Origin: Microthyrium microscopicum
Taxonomy: Eukaryota
Assembly (NCBI GenBank): GCA_010405405.1
Contig: MU004236.1
Coordinates: 239,071-259,070, forward strand
Direction: 5' to 3'
DNA: 20,000 nt
Below are positions 11,357 through 20,000 of the stretch, one piece after another; within the stretch, counting starts at the first letter, position 1, and the number at the start of each line of letters is the position of its first letter. Under the pieces are notes generated by a model that had not been told where the DNA came from, searched no databases, and saw nothing but the letters and a program-made list of their open reading frames with translations. Both the position numbers and the translations under genes were made by a program.

Positions 11357-12253
11357 GGTGAACTTGGCGGAGGAGACGGCGAGATGGACAAATTGCCCAT
11401 GATTCCCTTTTTGGCAAGCCGAACTTGATTTTCTAACGGGCCCTGGTGGGCAGGTTTGTCTTTGCATTCGTTGATCTAGGAGGTATAAAGATAATTAGTC
11501 CCGGAGTAATCTCCATTCTGAAAACTGCAATTGTAACCTCTTCCAGTCAATTTCTGTCAATTTTCGACTTGGTGTGAAAGTTGACAAAGTTCACTGAGAC
11601 TGCTTCATAACGCGACATATCAACCTGTCGCCAGTCTTTTGGTTACAGCGTCTTCACAACCAACTTGCATAATCAGTCTCGCACTTAGTGGGCAACTTGA
11701 TACTCTATCCTAGGAAAATAGCGACGGTAAGTTGCGGATTGGCTTTGTAGTCAAAGGCGAGATTTCTGATTTTAGTTGCAATACTTACTGGTTCCTAGGT
11801 AATTTGCAGTCAAGACCAGGCCTAGCAAGTACAATCCACACAATCAAGGAAGTCGCCACCCACTACAGCTGCCAGTCCACTGCAACTGCCACTGCAACTG
11901 CAACCCCTCGTCGCTTCCTCCCTCAATTTCCCACCGCCTAACATCCTGATACCATATCGCCTTTCTCTCCTCCAGAATCAACCTCCTTCTTCTACAATCC
12001 TATTATCACCATTCCAGCTTCCGCCATCTATCCAACACTCAATACTCATCATATCCTGCTTCTCTCTCCTAGGCCCGACTCGGCTTACAAGTTACAACTA
12101 TACCTACGGAGTAGAGTTTGCTACCCAGCTCAACCCCTCCTCCCCACTTCCTCATCTTCTACACCCAACCACACTCCCGCAATTGCCATCTCTCTCATAA
12201 CCTCTGTCTACCTTCTTCGCCCTTGTCGCATCCAAAAACTTCGAACCGCCGTC

Positions 12254-13750
<1,497 letters not shown>

Positions 13751-14853
13751 AGGCATGTTTCAAAGATTAAGCAAAGCATTCAAGGAAAGGCGAAAAAATA
13801 AGGAGTTGTGATGATGATATCAAATGTTTTCCCTTGTTCTTCATGCAACCAGCGGTTTTAAAACTCTGCAAGGACATCCGCTTAGTGGCATCACAACGAA
13901 CAATTACATTTGTTGTTTTTGTCTTTTTTCGTTGGCTTTTGGTCGTTGGCTGTTCGTCTTGGGATACTAGACTTTTTCGACGAGGTGCTTTCATTTTTTC
14001 TTGTTCCATTCTTATGTATAGTGTTTGCAAAACTCACAATACTACTCGTCCAGCTGAACTTTTGGGATCGTTTTGGTACTATTGTGCGACTCGTGCGTGC
14101 TGTACATATAAACGGTACAGATTTGAGGGCGTTACCCTGTATATCATTTATCATTGGTATTGCGGGATCAAATTTAGTGACGATAGGTAAAGAATGTCCA
14201 TGAATCCGTAACTAGAGCTTTTCTGTCCACTCCTTACAAAGTCGCGATATACAAGAGACCAGGCGGCAATTCAAATACTCGGGTGCAACCGTCTGCAACC
14301 GTCTGCAAAAGCTCAGATACATATATGAGGCTCTGCTGTCATCAACATTCTCTGCCGATCTATATCTTTAGTTCAAGCAATTGACCAATCGTACTCCTTG
14401 CTCGTTTGTTTGCCTCGTGTTTGCGTTCCTGACTAGGTATCTTTCTCAACTTTCCTTGTCTCGTGAGACCTGTGTCTTCGTGGGCAAATACGTCATGGGT
14501 GTGACGGGTGTGGTGGAGTTGACTCCGATGCCTGGGGATCGTGATGGCTGAGGGATCGGCGGTGGGATGGGGAGCTGGGCTGGACTTGGGGTTCAAGGTG
14601 CAGGTGGTGGGCTTAAAGGTTTGAGGGTTCAGGCTCTTGGATGCTTGGTTCATGAGGATGGATTGATGTGGGAGGATGGTATTATTCTTGGTGATGATCT
14701 TGGATACTGAAGTCGTTGGGTGGTCTGGTGAGGGAATTTGTCGACGTGTTAAAACTTAGGGGTTAGGATTAGATTTGAAATGCATTGAGAAATGCAGAAG
14801 CTTGTGGTGTCTCTTTTCGAAACCGTGTATTTCTTAAAATGATATGTTGTTGC

Positions 14854-15054
14854 CAGGGTTGGTAAACTACTTAGTCTACTCTATTATTAGCTAATACTAG
14901 TACTAGACTAGTTTTTTATTTTCAATACTAGTACTAAATAGTATTAGTATACTCTAAGAATAGTTAATAAATAAACTAGTATTTTCTAATACTAGTTACT
15001 AACTAGTAATAATACTATTATAATAACTAGTATTTACTATTATTTAATACTAGT
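14854..15054. repeat. Candidate hAT terminal inverted repeat (CAGGGTTGGTAAAC) plus subterminal ACTAGT array
   Basis: CAGGG at the compositional boundary matches the typical YAGNG start of hAT TIRs. Eight ACTAGT hexamers start at 14896, 14907, 14927, 14975, 14991, 15002, 15026 and 15049, often as AATACTAGT or ACTAGTATT. The partner TIR was not seen. Confidence 0.6.
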
Positions 15055-15559
15055 TTTTTAAATCTAATAAAAACTATAGCATTTAAACTAGCTAGTTATA
15101 TAGATTCTAATGCTAGTCTTAGTTTTCTTCTTAGACTAATCATTCTAGGATAAAGTTTAAATTTAGTATTTTTTTAATATTATTTTAGTATTAAAGTTAA
15201 TTATATAGTCTAGTATTAAGTAAAATAAGCTAAAATTTAGACACTAGGCTATTAGATTTATAAGAAATAGGAAAAAAAATAAATTAGAGCTATATTTAGT
15301 AATTATATATTAGAACGTTAAAAATATATTATTAAGAACATAAAGTTATAGAGATAAATTGTTTAAATAAGATAAGAAAGAATAATAAAGGTAAAAAGAT
15401 AAAATATAGTGGTTTTACTATAAATCTATATATATTTAGACTTATTATTTTATAAGGAGTCTAACTATAGTATTTTTAGCTAAAAATACTAAGTATATAA
15501 AAAGTTAGAGTAGTTTCTAGATTAATAAAATATTAAAACTATTATATCTTATAAATATA

Positions 15560-16950
15560 TAGCTATTAAAGCTATAATAGTAGAATTTTATATTATACTA
15601 CTATACTAATATATTATAGTAAATATATAGTATATAGTAAAGCTAATTACTAGTCTTATTTAGGCTTAATACTTAAGTTATAAAAAATATCTATATATAT
15701 TATTTTATTTAATTATTTACGTACTAAGCCTAAATAAGAAATAAATTCTATATTATTATAAACTATAGACTCTAAGGTACTTATAATATACTTTAAATTT
15801 ATTATATCTAGTATATAGAATTACTTATACTATATTATAAAAAATTAGAAATTTAAGATTTTATCTAAAATTAAATTTTATATAAAATAGTTCTAGACTA
15901 ATATAGTAATATTTCTATATAAAAATATATACTATTAAAGTCTAAAAGACTAAATCTACCTAGTAGTAGCTATAGCTAACCTTATTCTAGTCTAATTCTA
16001 GTTTTATATAATTATAGTTATAATTAATATATAATTAATTTAATTTATATTATTAACTATTTAATATATAAAAGCTCTAGAAATATACTAAACTATATTT
16101 ATACTATCTAATTATACCTTTAAACTAACATATTTACTTTATAAATATATTTCTTTTAGTTTTAGTTAATTTTAAATATTACTTTTTAAACTAAGTCTTA
16201 AATACTACTATATTAGATTACTTAATAGTATAGTAGTCTTTTAATACTAAAAGCTATAATATTAGTATCTAAAATATAAGACCTTTCTAGTAGTACTAAT
16301 TATTATTCTTATTCTAAACTAAATCTAGTTTAAATTATTATAATAATTAATAACTAATTAAACTATATAGTATTATAACCTAGTTAAGATATAAAACTTA
16401 TATAAGTATACTAAAGCTTATTTATACTATCTAAGTCTACTTTAATAGTTCTTTTTTAACTATTAGTTAATTAGTTTTCTTTAATTTTAAACTTTATTTT
16501 TAGACTTTACTTTTAAACTAAGTAAATTATATTATATTACTTTATTAAAGAGTATAGTACTATTAATATACTATTTAAATTTACTTTAGGAATTTAATAT
16601 TTATCTTATAATAATTTTTTAATTAGTTTTCTTTACTTTTAAATCTTTACTTTTAAACTTTACTTTAAAATAGTTTATAAATAGATTATATTAGATTACT
16701 TAATAGTATAGTAATAATTCTATAATAAAAACTATATTACTAGGGCTTATAATACTAGACCTATATAGCTATACTAGCTACTAGCCTTATTCTTATCTAG
16801 GTCTAGTTTTATAAATTATAAATCTTATTATATTAAAGTTTTAAAAGCTAGCTTAATTTACTTAATTATAACTTATAAGTTATAAACTATTAGATAGTAT
16901 TCCTTTTATCTACTTACTATATATCTATACTATTTTAAATATATATAAAC
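15560..16950. repeat. Diverged tandem array of ~325-bp units (about 4 copies) inside the RIPed block; boundaries approximate
   Basis: TATTTATACTATCTAA occurs at 16096 and 16419, and TTTTAAACTAAGT at 16184 and 16511. The 27-mer TATATTAGATTACTTAATAGTATAGTA occurs at 16209 and 16687. CTTATTCT...TCTAGTTT blocks end near 16004, 16331 and 16809. Confidence 0.7.
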
Positions 16951-17228
16951 TAATTAAAATACCTAATTCTAATTATTAATAATTAATATATCTAAAATTA
17001 TATTTTATAATTATCTTTTTAAAAGATTTACTTACTTTTATATTATATTTCTACTTAATATTATATTTTTATTTATATTATACTTTCTATATTTTACTAC
17101 TACTTTATTTATACTCTATAATCTATTAACTACTTTACTACTTACTTTTACTATTACTATAAACTTATATAATAAACATATTACTTTTAATTACTTTTTA
17201 TTAATAAAACTAATCTATTTAACTACTA

Positions 17229-19643
17229 CTAAGTAATTATTAACTCTAATTTAGTTAATTTATTACGTAATTCTTCCTAGCTTTTAATATGCTAACTTTT
17301 TAGTAATAGAATCTTTTTACTAGTTTTAGCTTCTAGCTTATTTCTAGTTTTTAATATTATATTAGATCTTATACTAAATATACTTTTAATACTAGTAAAA
17401 GTAGTAGATATAACTAGGAATTTACACGCTAAGTAAAATAGAATAAGATATTTAGTTCTATTATCTTTCTAATAATCTAAAGAATAGATTTTAGAATTTA
17501 TATTATCTTCTTTTAAATACTAAATATATTTAGTATTACTATTTCTACTAAGTAAACTAATACTAGGAGTACTACTAATAAAGAGACCTCTATTAATAGA
17601 GTTATCTAAATTAGTATTAGAATTAGATTCTAGATTTATAATAGTAGTATTTCTAGTTAAAAGACCAAAATTATTTAATCTTTTAATAGCAGAATTATAT
17701 TCTTCTTTAAGAAGCTTAGTAGCATTAATTAATACACTATTATAAAAATATAAAGACCTATTAGTAGCTTATTTAAAATAAGCTATTTTATGTCTAGGAT
17801 CTAGTATAATTCCTAGTATATAAGGCTTAATTTTTTATAATTCTTATAAATTAGGAATATCTTTCCTATAATACTTTTCTAATTTAGAAATACCTTTATA
17901 AATAGTATTAATAAAATAATATTTTTCTAAATGCTTATTTATAGGATTATATTTTTTATCTATAGCTAGTCTTTTAGTATCTAGTTATTTAAATAATCTA
18001 TAAATATATAATAAAGTCTAGTTAATAGTAGTATAAACCTAACTTTATAATCTAATAGAAGGATAAGAGAAATATTCTAATATATCTCTTAGATTTTCTA
18101 AAGCATAAAAATTAACACTATTTAAAGCTAATTAATTCTTAAACTTATTTTTAGATATATTTATAAATATATATAAAACTACCTTTTTAAGCTATAAAAA
18201 GCTAGAAATATAATTAAAAGTAGAATTCTATCTAGTATTATTATTAAGTGATATTCTATTAATTTTAATAGATTTAGGAATATTACTATCTTCTCTTAAT
18301 ACTTTTAAACTAGTAGTAAATAATCGTTAATATAATCTAATATATTTAATAGAAGTAATAATTCTTCTTACTTTAACTATTAATCCTAAAGGTTTAGTAG
18401 GATCTTTATTTTCTTTATCTTCTTTTTTATTATCATCGTTAGTTAATTCTAGTATACTATTAATATATCTAGTTAAACTAACTTTAGTATTATAAGATGC
18501 TAAAAAGTATTTTAAAACATCTTTAGCTACTAAATTAATAATATAAGCTACATAACGAATATTATAAAAATTAGTAGTATTTCTAGCTATATAATTTTTA
18601 TATATTAATTGCTTTACTAAAGTATTATTATTACCTATATTATCTCTAGTAAAACTAATAATATTTAATATAGATAAGTCGTAACTTTTTAAATAATTAT
18701 TAAAAACTTTAGAAAGATAAATGCCTATATAGCTTTTAGTTAATTCTTTAAAGCCTATTAACTTATATTGTACTTTAACATTATTATTAATATAAATTAA
18801 TATAATACCTAAAAAGGCTATTTAATTATAAGCTATTTAACTATCTAAAGTTATTAAAAAGTAATTTTTACTATTTACTACTAGTTAAATTTCATATTTT
18901 AATACTTTTAAACTATTAGAATATATAGTTTCTAATAGGTTTTAAATATTATGATAATTTACTATAGGTCTAGTAACGTTATAATATTCTAAAAGATCTC
19001 TAAATGATTAAGAATCTATAGTATTAAAAGATAAGTTATTATCTATAATAAAAGCTAATACTAAGTATAAAGCTTCTTATTCTATAAACTTATAATTAGT
19101 ATTAGAACGTATTCTTTTCCTATTAATAGTATTACTACTACTAGCTACTTACGTAAAAGAATTATTAGAAAGAGGATCTAAAGAGCTAGCATTTTCTACT
19201 TATTTAATTAAATATTCTTCTAAAGTATTCTTCTTTTTATAATCTTCTTTACTAGTAGCTATTAAAGGATATTAGCTAGTATAATGTTTAGTAAAGTTAG
19301 AGCTTAAAAAGCCTTTTATATCTTTAATTTTATTATAACTATAAATAATATAAGTTAATTTAAATTTCCTTTCTTTATTCTAATCTATAGGTAGTAGTTC
19401 TCTAGTAAAAAGACTATATTTAAAAATATAGGCCGTTTTATAAGTATTATTATTAAGAAAAGTATATATAGTTTAGTTTTGTTTATCTCTTTTATGTTAA
19501 TTTAATCTAATAGTAATTTAAGAAGCACTATTACTAGAACCTATACTAATATCTAAATTAGATAGTTAGCTAGTAGGTTAAGTATTAGGTAAATTAAGAT
19601 TAGAATTAGTGTTATTTATCTTAATATTAATTATAGAACTTAT
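17229..19643 (-). pseudogene. hAT transposase relic (~804 codons, RIP-mutated)
   Basis: One minus-strand frame gives, in order: a BED-finger remnant LTYIIYSY...NFTKHYTS*YP, DNNLSFNTIDS*SFRDLL, FLITLDS*IAYN*IAFLGI (cf. TLDxWT), LIGFKEL..SYIG (cf. HTG), FTRDNIGNN (cf. TDNAxN), IRYVAYIINLV (cf. RCxAHIINL), NNTR*NST (cf. TRWNST) and a dimerisation domain LDY*KDN..KYLIL...SIKSIFS...TRNKL. Departures from consensus fit C>T/G>A changes. Confidence 0.92.
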
Positions 19644-20000
19644 TTTATAAATAAGAATAGAAATATAATAATAAGTATCTCTTTTATTTTTAGATTAAAA
19701 CCTAGAGCTAAATAAGAAATTCTAAATTAGTAAATCTATTAGAAATATACAAAAGTATATAGTATAAAATTTACTAGTCTTAAATAGTATAACTAAATAA
19801 GAAAGTAAATAAAAAGAGAAGAAAAATATTTTTCTACTATTTTTTATTTTTATATTTTTTAATATAAATCTATATAGAAAATAGAAAGATATACTATAAT
19901 AACTCTAGTAAACTAGAGAATACTATAAAGATAGATTAAGAATATAAAGACTTTATAAAATAGCTAATAAATAACTAAGTTATAGAAAACTTAAGTAAAA

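Larger units (their letters stand above)
14854..20000 (-). mobile_element. RIP-inactivated hAT-superfamily DNA transposon, possibly composite or nested; right end not found in the window
   Basis: The sequence switches abruptly to AT-rich, TpA-rich, CpA/TpG-poor DNA right after CAGGGTTGG (14854). A subterminal repeat array follows, and a hAT transposase relic lies at 17229-19643. Confidence 0.85.

Noticed and set aside
13767..14203. Hydrophobic and Lys-rich ORFs on both strands after HOG1
   Set aside because: The T-rich HOG1 3' UTR produces them, they mostly have non-ATG starts, and no family signature is present.
14285..14309. 10-bp tandem repeat TGCAACCGTC x2.5
   Set aside because: It is an ordinary short slippage repeat with no further structure.
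14756..14772. TTAGGGGTTAGGATTAG telomere-like string near the AT-rich boundary
   Set aside because: It has only one exact TTAGGG and no tandem array, so it is not evidence of a telomere.
15560..16950. CRISPR-like, ankyrin or BED-finger interpretation of the tandem units
   Set aside because: The context is eukaryotic and the units are long and diverged, with no repeat-spacer structure. Ankyrin or BED resemblance appears only after arbitrary manual de-RIPing and the motif spacing does not fit.

Overview
This is genomic DNA from a filamentous ascomycete (Pezizomycotina-like, 45-61 nt GT-AG introns). Positions 1-14850 are gene-rich. They hold an intronless HET-domain (het-6-like) gene (-), a small DUF4267-like membrane protein gene (-), a TMS1/Serinc gene (+, 1 intron), a group III G-protein alpha subunit gene (ganB/gna-3 type, -, 6 exons) and the HOG1 stress MAPK gene (+, 9 exons). 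The G-alpha and HOG1 genes are head-to-head, with a probable decayed ORF between them. From 14854 to the window end the sequence switches abruptly to very AT-rich, TpA-rich, CpA/TpG-depleted DNA typical of repeat-induced point mutation (RIP). This block is a RIP-inactivated hAT DNA transposon. It has a candidate TIR at 14854, a subterminal ACTAGT array, and an ~804-codon transposase relic at 17229-19643 (-) whose BED, catalytic-region, CxxH and dimerisation motifs all lie in one frame. Between the TIR and the transposase is an unexplained, even more heavily RIPed ~1.7 kb segment of diverged ~325-bp tandem units. Another unusual feature is a diverged direct duplicate of the TMS1 promoter that brackets the DUF4267 gene. 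I could not establish a clearly new biological system; the best leads are the hAT-internal repeat segment and the duplicated promoter.
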